From: Octopus vulgaris
Lineage: Eukaryota
Assembly: GCA_951406725.2 (NCBI GenBank)
Contig: OX597830.1
Span: forward strand, 40,672,001-40,736,000
DNA: 64,000 nucleotides
Direction: 5' to 3'
Shown: positions 14,747 to 27,313 of the stretch, piece after piece
Position numbering within the stretch: position 1 is the first letter of the stretch
Layout: each line of letters opens with the position of its first letter
The notes under the pieces: model-generated
What the model saw: the letters and a program-made list of their open reading frames with translations, nothing else
What the model was told of the DNA's origin: nothing
The model's database searches: none
Program-made: the position numbers and the translations under genes

Positions 14747-14970
14747 AAGGCAGCAGGTTGGCAGAATCGTTAGCACTCTGGACAGAATGCTTGGTAGCAT
14801 TTTGTCTGTCCTTACGTTCTGAGTTCAAATTCCACTGAAGTCAACTTTGCCTTTCATTCCTTTCAGGATCAAAAAACAAGTACCAGCTAAGTACTTGGGT
14901 TGATGTAATCGACTTAAGCCCCACCACCACCCCGAAATTGCTGGCCTTGTGCCAAAATTAGAAGCCAATA
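14747..14970 (+). mobile_element. SINE family B
   Basis: Family motifs. Confidence 0.8.
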
Positions 14971-15780
14971 TAGAAGGAATCTGAATTTGTTTTTAAAAGC
15001 AATGGGTTGAGGGGATTTACTCAATGTTAATTCTCTCTGATGTCCACCCTGCTGGGTGGTTGTTGCTAGGAAGTCTGGCATGGGCTCCTGCTTGGCCAGG
15101 TCCAGTCAAACCATCAAACCCATGCCAGCATGGAAGGCAGATGTTAAACGATCATGATGATGATAATGATCACAAGTTCAACAAAGTGGGAAATGTGGCC
15201 TCACCATCATCATCAAATTCATCAAGTGTCATCATCACCAATGTCATCAGCATCATCATCATCAATATCATCATTACATTCATCAACCCATTTATTATTG
15301 CCTTCATCCTTGTCATTACATTTATCATGATCATCCTCATCATCAGTATCCCCACCACCATCACCACAACTAACACTCCCCCACTGCCAACATCACCTCC
15401 ACGAACAACACCACTCACACCACAACTATCACATACCTCAACACCACCACCATCACCACTACCTTCTTTGTTTATCATCTATTTTCCCCCGTTGACATGA
15501 GACTTCGTGACTGTGTCACCAGATCTACGCACCAACATAGATTCTCAGACATTCATGTTCTCTATTGTCTAATCTGTTTGGCTAAAATGTCTGAAATTCG
15601 ATGATATTATTCACCTGCAGATGTCCCCTGATCCAGCTTTGTCCTCTCCCTATATCCATATCTGCTTTACTGTCTGTACAGCAATATTATATTTCAATAA
15701 AAACAATATTGCTATCCACCTGCATTGTATATATCGCTCATAGAACAAACGAAATTTTTTAAAAAAACAGACATGGCTGG

Positions 15781-15965
15781 TGCAGGAGTGGCAGTGTGGT
15801 AAGTAGCTTGCTTACTAACCACATGGTTCTGAGTTCAGTACCACTGCATGGTAACTTGGGCAAGTGTCTTCTACTATAGCCTTGGGCCAACAAAAGCCTT
15901 GTGAGTAGATTTGGTAGACGGAAATTGAAAGAAGCCCATCATATATATATATATATATGTATATA

Positions 15966-16011
<46 letters not shown>

Positions 16012-16935
16012 TGTCTCTGTGTGTGTGTGTTTGTGTGTGTATATGTTTGTGTGTCTGTGTTTGTCCCCCCACCAACATTGCTCGACAACCAATGCTGGTG
16101 TATTTACATTCCCATAACTTAGCGCTTCAGCAAAAGAAACTGATAGAATGAGTACTAGGCTTACTAAGAATAAATCTTGGGATCGATTTGCTTGACTAAA
16201 GGTGGTGCTCCAGCAGGGCCACAGTCAAATGACTGAAACAAGTAAAAGAATAAAAGAATAAAATAATAGTCATGTGGTAAGAAACTTGCTTCCCAACCAC
16301 ATGGTTCCGGGTTCAGTCCCACTGCATGGAACCTTGGGCAAGAATTTTCTACTATAGCCTCAGGCTGGCTAAAGCCTTGTGAGTGGATTTGGTGGATGGA
16401 AACTGAAAGAAGCCCATTACATGTGTGTATGTGTGTGTGTGACTTTGTGCATGTGTACGTGCATGTGTATGTATGTGTGTGTTTGTCTTTGTGCATGTGT
16501 GTCTTTGTGCACGTGAGTGTGTGTGTGTGTATGTGTGGTGTGTGTGTGTGTGTCTTTGTGCATGTGTGTATATGTGTATTTGTGTGTGTGTGTGTCTTTG
16601 TGCATGTGATTGTACATGTATGTGTATCTGTGTTTGTGTATGTCTTTGTGCATGTGTGTGTATATGTGTCGTTGTTCATATACGTGTGAGTGCATGTGTG
16701 TATGTGCGTTTATGTATGTGTGTGCGTGCTCTGTTATTTTTTTTTTGTTTGTGTTTGTCAACTGGGGTTGGTTTGTTTATGTTCCCCGTAACTCGACAAT
16801 TCAGCAAAAAGAAAATGATAGAACAAGTACCAAACCATCAAAAAACAAAAAAAAAAAACAAAAAACAGCCACTAAACTCATCAAGACAATGCTCCAGCAT
16901 GGCTGCAGTTCAATGACTGCAACAAGTAACAGATG
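15781..16935 (+). mobile_element. Two tandem SINE family A copies (15781-16260, 16270-16935)
   Basis: Both show the full head-microsatellite-tail organisation. Confidence 0.85.
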
Positions 16936-17500
16936 AAATATACGATCCTTATGAGTGACTCAGATTTAACTGATAAACAAAGAAGAAAAAAAAAAAAAAG
17001 AAAAATGTCTGAGCTGGGTCACCAGATTGAAAATCACACAAACACCGAGAACATGAGAGATAGGGAAGAAAGAGAAAGAAAAGGTGAAGGAGAAGAATAG
17101 AGAGAGGATGAGTAGAAGATAGTCGGAGACCATCAATTATGCTAAACAGTCGAGATGATATGCAAACACATGAAACTTTCAAAATAATTAATGGTTAATA
17201 TAGTAGGCGTCAAGCACCAGGTGCAGAAGGCCTGGCTTTTTCAGTTTGAGGTTTTAGCTTTAAGCTAATTATATTCAAAATAAAAGAATCGTTAAGTTTG
17301 CCAACGAATGTGATTGTAGGATGGCAGTGTTGATTTACAATAAGGGTGTACATTTCTGTGTGTCACACAAGTAGAATAATAATAATAATAACAACAATAA
17401 CAATAACAATAACAATAATAATAATAATAATAATAACAATAATAATAATGACAATAATTATGATGATGATGATGACGATGATGATGATGATGGTGGTGAC

Positions 17501-17540
<40 letters not shown>

Positions 17541-17599
17541 GTGACGATGATGATGATGATGATGATGGTAACGATGATGATGATAATGATGATGATGCA

Positions 17600-18059
17600 A
17601 CAAGCATGGACAAACATAAACCTGAAGGCATCATTGAAAATGATATAGCAAAGATGCTATGGGATTTTATGATTCAGTGCAATCATGAGAGAGAGAATAG
17701 GAAACCAGACACAGAGTTAATTGAGAAAGAAAGCAAATGATGCTGGATCATAGACATAGCAGGCCCAGCTGGCAACAAGGGATGCGATAAGGAAGGAAGA
17801 AAGAAAAGTCGATAGATATGACAGGTTAGCTTGGGAGGTTAAGCAGCTGTGGTCACTGACAAAGGTGGTAGTAGTACCACTAATTGTTGGAGCCCTGGGA
17901 ACAGGGAGTAAAAATCTTGAGAATTACATGGAATAAATTGGGGTTGCCCTTGTAAGAAAACAGCACTGCTTAGAACCACTCGAATACTCCGGATGGTGCC
18001 CAAAAAATAAGGGGTGTTATCTTAGTTCACTGGGAGGGAACAGCTGTGCAAAGACAATA

Positions 18060-18060
<1 letters not shown>
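17600..18060 (+). mobile_element. R4/Dong-like RLE-LINE 3' fragment (PD-(D/E)xK nuclease pseudogene) ending in (TAA)n
   Basis: HKPEGIIENDIAKMLWDFMIQCNH..NRKPD..CWIIDIA..KVDRYDRLAWEVKQLW..VVVVPLIVGALG..TALLRTTRILR, with stops and a frameshift. Confidence 0.85.
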
Positions 18061-18114
<54 letters not shown>

Positions 18115-18116
<2 letters not shown>

Positions 18117-18331
18117 CTTTTCTGCTCTAGGCACAAGGTTCAAAACTTTTGGGGAGGGGGCCAGTCAATTAGATCGCCCCCAGTATGCAACGGGTACTTA
18201 ATTTATCGACCCCGAAAGGATGAAAGGCAAAGTTGACCTCAGCCAAATTTGAACTCAGAACATAAAGACAGACAAAATACCGCTAAACATTTTGCCCTGT
18301 GTGCTAACGCTTCTGCCACCTCACCACCTTG

Positions 18332-18406
<75 letters not shown>

Positions 18407-18867
18407 TTAATAATAATCCTTTCTACTAAAAACACAGGGCCTGAAATTTTAGTGGGAAGGGACTAGTCGAATACATCAACCCCAGTGTTTCACTGGAACT
18501 TAAATTATGGACCCTGAAAGGATGAAAAGCAAGGTCAACCTCGGCAGAATTTGAACTCAGAACATAAAGACAGACAAAATGCTGCTAAGCATATTGCCTG
18601 GCAGGTTAACGATTCAGTCAGAATGCCACCTTGATAATAATAATAATGATGATGATCTTAAATTTTGGCACAAGGCCAGAAATTTCAGGGGATAGGATAA
18701 GTCAATTACATTAACCCCAATATTCAACTGGTACTTATTTTATTGATCCTGAAAGGATTAAAGGCAAAGTCAACCTTGGCAGAATTTGAACTCAAGATGT
18801 AAAGACAGAACAAAATACTGCTAAGAATTCTGTCTGGCATGCTAACGACATTGCTAGCTCACAGCCT

Positions 18868-18898
<31 letters not shown>

Positions 18899-18932
18899 GA
18901 TAATAATAATCATAATAATCATAATAATAATC

Positions 18933-18972
<40 letters not shown>

Positions 18973-19290
18973 TAATAATAATAATGATCCTTTCTACTAT
19001 AGGCACAAGGGCTGAAATTTTAGGGGAGAAGGTCAGTCGATTACAAGAATCCCAGTGCTTGACTATTTATATCATCAACCACAAAAGGATGAAAGGTGAA
19101 GTCAACCATCCTACTACAGGCACAAAGAAAGTTTGGGTAAGGGGGCTAGTTGATTATATCAACCCAAAAAAGAAAAAAAAGGTAAAGTGAGCCTCAGTAA
19201 AATTTGAACCCAGAACAGAAAGTCAGAAGGAACACCACTTAGAGCATTTTGTTGGGTGATGCTAATGATTCAGCCAACTTGGCAGATTTA
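18115..19290 (-). mobile_element. Head-to-tail cluster of four or five SINE family B copies separated by (TAA)n
   Basis: Copies at about 18115-18330, 18415-18632, 18655-18868 and 18987-19290. Confidence 0.85.
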
Positions 19291-19314
19291 CCGCAACAGT
19301 TTATGTCTATGTTG

Positions 19315-19527
19315 TATGAGAGGCTGCTGGAAAGTTCCTGGCTTTCAGGGTGTTGCGAAAGGCCTGGTTGGAGGCCCAACCTTCTGAGTTCTTTTACAGG
19401 ACTTAGGAAAACTGAAGGACTGCTGCAATAAGTGTGTGAATCTGAGAGGGGAATATGTTGAGTAAAATTATAATCAACTGATCCTCCTGTATTTACTTTT
19501 ACCCAGAGCCAGGAACTTTCCAGCACC

Positions 19528-19534
<7 letters not shown>
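19315..19534. mobile_element. mariner-type MITE with TA ends
   Basis: TIRs tatgagaggctgctggaaagttcctggct / agccaggaactttccagcacctctcgta. Confidence 0.85.
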
Positions 19535-19625
<91 letters not shown>

Positions 19626-20010
19626 CTCATACATTTCCAGAACAAAAGTGTCATTGGCTGTACATTTCCAGCAAATCAATCATGAACTGACTGCATTTCC
19701 GATAGCAAAACTCACAAAGGAATGCCTGCGCAACTTGAACAGAGAAAGATAGAATTGTTTTCAATTTTGTCTTTTAATTATTAATACTCCAGTTTATCAG
19801 CAATTTTCACACTGATGCACAAGTGTTTTTCTACCAATATACACATACATAAACACATACATACATAGACACTCACACATTTGTGCATGTATGTATATCC
19901 ATTACATATATATATTAAATACATACTATGCATATATATGATGTACCTTTTCTAAAATTGGGATAAACATGATATATGTGTGTGTGTGTTTGCACATGTG
20001 TGTGTGTATG

Positions 20011-20062
<52 letters not shown>

Positions 20063-20365
20063 TATATATATATATATACACGCACACACACACATGCATA
20101 CATACACACCTGTAGCTTTTAAACCGGTCATATTCAATCCAAATATTTTACCTGCTTTATGTTCAAACTGGTCAGCTCTGGCCTCTCACACTTACTCCAC
20201 AATGTCATTCTAAGTATAATGGTCACACCATTGAAATCTCAAAGCTATGCAATAATGCATAGCAGATTAAAAACAATGTGAATAAAAAGCATTCTATTTG
20301 ACAGAGTACTTTGAATGCTAAAGGAATATGTAATGTTTAACTCACTTTTAGAATAGATACATCAA

Positions 20366-20398
<33 letters not shown>

Positions 20399-20592
20399 AG
20401 AGTAAGTACATAAATGCAGAACAAGGTGGGAAAATTAGTACTCGAATACCAGAGGTAGAGTAATATGCTTTATCAAAAAGCAGCAAAAATATCACAAAAA
20501 CGGTTATTGTGGTGGTGATGGTGGTGGTGGTGGCGGTGGTGGTGAATCTGATAATGATGATGACAGTGATAAGGATGATGATGACAGTGATA

Positions 20593-20630
<38 letters not shown>

Positions 20631-20686
20631 AGTGATGATGATGATAGATGATGACAGGGATGATGATGATAGTGATGATAAAACAG

Positions 20687-20724
<38 letters not shown>

Positions 20725-21342
20725 GTGATGATGGTACTGATGATGATGATGTATATTTTTTTAATTACAAGTTTGGTCGAAAGCAAGAAGGGTAAAAGTA
20801 CTTGAAGCACTAAAATCAATATATATTTCATGTAAATTTCAACTTAAAACGGAGAGGGGTGGGCGTGGGCGTGGAGACGGGGAAGAAAGGGAGAGGAGAG
20901 AGGTGGGTGGTGGGGGTTACCAAACCAGGTGTAGTAAAGTGTCCAAGTTTTGTGTTTTAACTATGAATTGCAAGCCATTATAAAACTGATGAGACTGGCA
21001 AAGCTGTACGTTGAATTGTAGCAATTAGTGATGTTCAACGATAACGATGTTTGATGATAATGATGTTTAATTACGAGGATGGTGACAATGACTACTATGA
21101 CAATGAAGAATACATCAATTAATTACATATATACAGAATTTAATGACTTCAGAAAATATATATATATATTGTTTGGTTCTTTTGTTGTTTTTTTTTTGTT
21201 TTATGTCATTTTATATTACTTCAGATCTCTACTTATAAGATACAACAATAGCAAAAGCCATGACTGAAACTAGACCCATCAAGTGTAAGATATTATATTA
21301 ATCCTCCTTGCTATACTCTATCTTTCTATATGCATCAATACG

Positions 21343-21530
21343 TGTGGAGGTGTATGGCCTAGTGGTTAGGGTGGTGGGCTCATGATCGTAAGATTGTGGT
21401 TTCAGTTCCTCAACTGGGCGATGTGTTGTGTTCTTGAGGAAAACATTTTATTTCCCTTTGCTCTAGTCCACTCGGCTGGCAAAAATGAGTAAATTCTGCA
21501 ACAGACCAGTGTCCTGTGCAGGTGAGGAAT
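21343..21530 (+). mobile_element. tRNA-derived SINE, same family as 57600-57757
   Basis: gtggaggtgtatggcctagtggttagg..ggtttcagttcc (A and B boxes). Confidence 0.75.
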
Positions 21531-21620
21531 ATATAGTTGAAATTTATTGAAAAATGAAAGATAAAGACAGGTGTATGAACAACAAGGAAGTGTTTGATGC
21601 TCAGGGAAAAACGAAAAAGT

Positions 21621-21656
21621 CTTTTACATTTCGAGCCAACGCTCTTCAACAGAAAG
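21621..21656 (-). ncRNA. Minimal hammerhead-like motif (family H3), CUGUUGA core variant
   Basis: The minus strand reads CUUU-CUGUUGA-A-GAGC(guug)GCUC-GAAA-UG-UA-AAAG. The same element family occurs at about 22410-22555 (-, core decayed) and 40445-40622 (+). Confidence 0.55.
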
Positions 21657-21819
21657 GAATAAGAGAAAATAAACACAGAGAATGAAAAAACCTGTAGATT
21701 TCAGCAGTCCAGCAGAGAGAGAGAGACAGAGAGAGAGAGAGAAAGAAAGAAAGAAGGAAAGAAATAAAGATAGATAGATCGATAGATAGATAGATAGATA
21801 GATAGACAGACAGATAGAC

Positions 21820-21877
<58 letters not shown>

Positions 21878-21878
21878 A

Positions 21879-21900
21879 ACTTACCTGGAAGAGGACGTGT
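21879..21900 (-). promoter_or_regulatory. Candidate recursive splice site (zero-length exon, AG|GTAAGT)
   Basis: The minus strand reads acacgtcctcttccag|gtaagt with the junction at 21885/21884. There is no other AG for about 105 nt upstream. The would-be 108-nt exon 21885-21992 has stops in all three frames. Confidence 0.3.
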
Positions 21901-22192
21901 GGTGTTCAATCAGATAATAATATAGATAATATATATATATGCATGTATGGCAAAAAAGAAAATGGGGGGGATACAAAAATGACATACATCAGCTGGTAGA
22001 CATTCTATTATGTCTATTTATTCTAAAACGTAAGGAAGTATTATAAGAATACATACACATGCAAAGACTGTGTTACACACACCAGCAGTATATTGGATAG
22101 GTACTATTGCTTAGTTGGTTGGCTTCCCAACCTCTAACTCTCACGGAAATATATGCATATATATATATATGTATATGTACATACATCTATAC

Positions 22193-22238
<46 letters not shown>

Positions 22239-22267
22239 GCATACATGGGCACATGATGTCCTATGCC

Positions 22268-22299
<32 letters not shown>

Positions 22300-22879
22300 C
22301 GTATAAATGTAAGTATGTACATATATGTATGTATATATGCACATATATATATGTATTATTTATATTATATATATATGTATTTATATTTGAAATTCATAGA
22401 AAAACAAAGGACAAAGACAAGTGTATGAACAAGCAAGTGTATTAGTGACTCTGCTCAGGAAAAATGAAAAAGTCTTTTACATTTCGAGCCTACACTCTTT
22501 GGTAGAAAGAAATAAGAGAAAATAAACAGAGAGAGAATGAAAAAAACCATGTAGAGTTCATTGGTCCAGCATGAGGAATATACATGCCATTGGAACTGGG
22601 AAAGCGGCCCTCGTGAGCCTGACATGGCTCAAGAGGGAAATATCTATATTTTTATTTACATGTACATGTGTGTGGTGGTGGTGGTGGTGGTGGTGGTGGT
22701 GGGGTGGGGGTGCTCTGGTTTCAGAATTCCAGGGTATTGGGGAGCTTGGAACCACTTCTTAACCACTATTGTCTCCAGATCTACCTGGGGCAGTAGCACC
22801 TGTGAAAGTCCTACTCATAGGTTAAATAGCCACATATGATAATATTGCATCTGAGCATGGGGATACAGAAATACCCCTG

Positions 22880-23300
22880 ATTGGTGTCATGGTGCACAGT
22901 AAAAACCATTGACAGAAGGATCCCCAGGTGTTATCACAGCATCCTTCTAGGAGAGAGACACTCTGAGGTAAAACCTGTGGATTCACACATTGACCGGTCA
23001 TCTCATTTCAGCCTGTCACAAGGTACTAATGACAAAGGCTCAGAGAGTGGTTCTTGTGCTGTACAAGTATTTATCATCTCTATAATCCAAAGACATACAG
23101 ATGATTCTTTATAGTGATCTCGTTTGTCATTCTGTCTACCGAAAGTTCTATAGCGATGGAAGAGTGGCAACGTGTATGGGCTGAACCAGCTGGAAGCACA
23201 CAAGAAGTTACAATTTTCATCTGTCACCTATGTTACAAACCATGCAGATCTGCAACGAGACTGAGTAGTAATGTGAGAGGTCATGCATGGAAAGTCGGGA
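22880..23300 (+). pseudogene. Decayed RTE-like LINE C-terminus with a C2H2-like tail
   Basis: RIPR..ILLGE.. and FICHLCYKPCRSATRLSSNVRGH resemble RTE C-terminal motifs. Confidence 0.45.
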
Positions 23301-23432
23301 ATGCCATTGATAATGAAGAAGCACAAGGAGACACCAATTCTCTGCAATGATAGAGCAATTACCAAGTGTGTGTGTGTGTGTGTGTGTATAATATGTATGT
23401 GTATATGTATGCATGTATAAACACACACACAT

Positions 23433-23488
<56 letters not shown>

Positions 23489-24024
23489 GAATGTATGTCT
23501 ATATACAAGACTATTACATGTGACATGACAGGTAAACATTCGATGTATACTCTTGCCATCATAGGTAACATCAGGAAATATGGCTCATATACAACAATAA
23601 TCATAACTTAACTTTTATCAAATTTCTTGGTGCTTACACAGAATGATGAAATGAATACTAATTTTCAAAAGGAAAATGCTTATTATTTTAAAATAAAATT
23701 AAATAAAACAAATTTCTCATTTGTAAATTTGCAATGAATGTACGTTTTTACTTTTCTAAATTTTATCAACTTAACCACAATCTATTCCATCAAAAGCCTC
23801 TCTCTGCAAAATTTCAAATTAAAAAATGTGTATTTTTTCCAGAATTGGCATTGTCTTCCATCGTGTCTCATTAATGCACTCATCCTACTTCTCTTCTATT
23901 CATTTGTTCTGTATCTCGATTTTATTCTCTCTCCCAGCATCTCTCTATGTGATCTAAAGTGTGACTGGAGAAATGAAGAAACCAACCAACCAGCATTTGT
24001 ATCAACTGTTATTAGATAGAAGAT

Positions 24025-24292
24025 CAGACTTGGCTGTATGGTAAGAAGCTTGCTTCCTGACTACTTACTTCCAGGTTCAATCCCACAGCATGGCACCTAG
24101 GGTAATTGTCTTTTACTATGGCCTCACACTGATCAAATGACCAAAGCCTTCCGAGTGGATTTGGTAAACAAAAACTGAAAGATGGATGGATGCATGCATG
24201 TAAGTGTGTGTGTGTGTGTATTTGTCCCCCACCACTGCTCGACAACTGGTGTTGATGTGTTTACATCCCCACAACTTAACAGTTCAACAAAC
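24025..24292 (+). mobile_element. SINE family A, 3'-truncated
   Basis: Family motifs. Confidence 0.75.
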
Positions 24293-24517
24293 CATTTCTG
24301 CAGCTGTTTACTCAATATGAAGAAATTGAACACCTATTTTGTCTACCTTTACCTACCTCTGAAGAGATTTGATTTTTCTAATTATTTTTAATTTAATTAA
24401 TTAATTTTCTGAGAGCCTGAATTGAAACAGCTGTAAGGGATATTTGTCAATTTTTTAATTAATAAGCAATAATTTATTAACTCCCTTTGTATTCTCTCAT
24501 CTTATTATTTTAATAAA

Positions 24518-25223
24518 CTAGCAGTATAACCCGGCCTTGCCCAAGATTAAGTTACGATTATTAAGTTAATCAAGTTCTTTATTTCAAACCAAACTAAGTA
24601 ATAAATGATTTAAAATAAATATATTGTAATTGTTGTATGAGAAAGTATATATACTATGATTATAAAATATAGTGTCTTTCAAAATCATCCTGAATTTGAA
24701 CACTATATCTCGTGCTTAAGAAAAAACAAAATATTTTACACTTTATTTTTTATGAACGCCATTCCCGTGAAACTCTCTGCCTCCTTCTTCCACTTTTCTT
24801 TATCTTTTTTTTTTTTGTTAGATGCCGTCAAAAAAGCTATGGCTAAAAATAGATTTTTATGAATGTCGTCACTTACTCTCTCTCTCTCTCTCTCTCTCCC
24901 TCTCTCACTTTGTCTTTTCCGTGAAACTCTCCGCCCCGCTTCCACTTTTCTTTATCTTGTTTTTTCTTTTGTTAGACGCTGTCAAAAAAGCTATGGCTGA
25001 TATTTTTTATGGCTAAAAGCTATGGCTGAAAATAGATTTTTACGCTATCCGTGGGTGCCTCGGGAAAAAAATAAGTTGACAAAACCCAGATAGGAAGTTG
25101 ACGAATGTCCTCGTAAAATTTGAGCGACATGCGTGCTAATTTGTGGATGTGCATAAATTACAATCACGTACACACACACACACACACATACATGCACACA
25201 CATCATGCCTTTTATAGATATGA
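24518..25223 (-). mobile_element. Non-autonomous Helitron-like element
   Basis: The minus strand starts a|TC and ends with a GC hairpin remnant (cttgggcaaggccggg) followed by CTAG|t. There is an internal duplication of about 100 bp (24765-24860 vs 24918-25040). Confidence 0.6.
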
Positions 25224-25365
25224 TAAAATATATATATATATAACACTTTATATAGTTACTTTGCAGTTGAGTTCTAAATATAATTTTCAATACTCTTTGT
25301 ATAGGTAATTAACGAGTACTTTCATAGGGTTTTGCTATACCTGAACAAGGTTTGTAAGCTTTAAT

Positions 25366-25434
<69 letters not shown>

Positions 25435-25645
25435 GTATGTGTATATATATATAGATAGATATATGTATGTATGTATATATGCATATATACGTTGTATATA
25501 TATATGTATATATGTACATATATATGTTGTATATATATGGAAATATGTACATGTATATATATATATATATATATGATTGGGTATCATCTGATAGTTGATG
25601 TTTTATTGATTTAAGTATGTTTCTCCATTTTCTAATTTTGTAGTG

Positions 25646-25677
<32 letters not shown>

Positions 25678-26005
25678 TATGTTGTATATATATGTAAGTA
25701 TGTACATGTATATATATATATATAGTATTTGTTGGCATCTAAGACAAATTCATGCATAAGCTGCACCCCTACTTTTATGAGACAAAAAAGTATATTTTAA
25801 GGAAAAAACAAATTTAATGTTTCACCATACAACCAGACACTCACTGTTCACTCAGTACCACATTAAACAGATGCAAATTTTTTTGTTACATTTAAGATTT
25901 AAAAAGTCTGTCTTATATGCTAGAATATGCAGTATATATTACTATGTAAACCTACTGCTTCTTTACCTCTCCCTACTAACTATTTGTCACATTTAGCTTT
26001 CTAAT

Positions 26006-26143
26006 TTAACCTTTAGCATGCTGAAGGTGAATCATGTTGTTGTACAAGTTTTCTCCCTTGTAACTTCAAGTACATTGTGTTTCATTGAGAGGGGAGAAAA
26101 CTCATACAGCAATATGATTTGTCTTCAGCGTGCTAAAGGTTAA
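26006..26143. mobile_element. piggyBac-like MITE (TTAA)
   Basis: ttaacctttagcatgctgaag ... cttcagcgtgctaaaggttaa. Confidence 0.75.
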
Positions 26144-26454
26144 CTGTAGTTGTGTATGTATGTGTGCTTGTGAGTCATGGATGTTATAAAGATGTCATCA
26201 AACAACATCTCAGTGAAGCAAGGGTTCTGATTGTAATTGCATGGAAGAAGATAGCAACTGACTCTAAATGATGAGAAAGGAAATAGAAATTGCAGAACAC
26301 TTGAGTAATATCCTTGAAGCCAAAATTACCAATGATAGCCTGCGGTAGCTGTTGTCTCATAAAAGCATGAAACATTTGAATGAAGTTTCTTCATTAAATT
26401 TGAAAATAAAAATTCTTTTCTGTTACTATGTCATACTCATTTATGAGTAACTGC

Positions 26455-26518
<64 letters not shown>

Positions 26519-27295
26519 GTGTGTGTATAAGTGTGCATGCACAAGTAAGCATTTATACATTTGGATATTACTGTATAGAGCAGCATGTTTTATTGACTGC
26601 CAGAATGGACATATACACACAAGCAACTCAGAGTAGCAACAGAGTCAGTTATTGAACAAATATTATTTCTTTAATAAGCAGGACAAGAAGAGATCATGTG
26701 ACAGAGAGTCACTGAAGAGGTCACAGATGTGTGATGAAATAACTTTGGCAGATGTACAAACTAAAAATAATATGAATAAAACTAAAGTGTTAAAAATAAT
26801 TTCTTGTCAATTGAAGGCATTCAATTGCTTGTTTTGTTTTATATTTTCTTTGCTTTTGGGTTATTTTTTTCATTAAGTCCTTAACCCATCTAGAAGGACA
26901 TGAACATAGAAAATAATTCAAAATATTATTTTTTTTTCAACCTTAACCCAAAAATAATAGACCAAAAAGATAGTGTGTGTGTTTAATAGGTAAAAGATGA
27001 CCATCCTCCAAAAAATTATGATAAACACAAGATGTAGTTTATGCCATTTGTACCCTATGCACGTTTCACTAATGAGATAATTTGCATCCTCTGCAGTGGG
27101 TGTTCATGACACATTAGAATGCAGATCTACAGCGGTCCTTCAGGAGAACACACACACACACACACACATACACACATACACACATGCAAGTTTATATTGA
27201 TTGTTTATTAAAAAAATTTACTTTTAAAAATAAAATTTTATCTTGTATTAATAATGTATACATGCATGACAGTATCAAATTTGAAATGTACTTAC

Positions 27296-27313
27296 CGTTC
27301 CTCTATCATCAGG
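27296..27313 (-). CDS. Candidate 18-nt microexon of an unidentified minus-strand host gene (PDDRGT in phase 0, or xLMIEER in the other open frame)
   Basis: The minus strand reads cctcat-tttttctttttttttgttttaattttgcag|CCTGATGATAGAGGAACG|gtaagta. That gives a branch-point-like CTCAT, a long T-rich tract, a canonical YAG acceptor, a consensus GTAAGT donor and a length divisible by 3. It lies in a repeat-poor island. Confidence 0.65.

Noticed and set aside
15781-15850. tRNA-like A/B boxes at SINE heads
   Set aside because: There is no complete cloverleaf, and they are always followed by the SINE body, so they are not tRNA genes.
16945-17005. Strong minus-strand acceptor (T-tract..ttatcag at 16970)
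   Set aside because: There is no credible donor nearby, and poly-A/T tracts are common here.
21005-21045. cgttgaa..ttcaacg hairpin as a possible miRNA
   Set aside because: Only 7-8 contiguous pairs, which is too short.
25300-25345. Minus-strand AUAG..CUAU-GAAA-GUAC-UC, a possible sixth hammerhead family
   Set aside because: The 3' half fits, but no CUGANGA or stem I partner is visible upstream.
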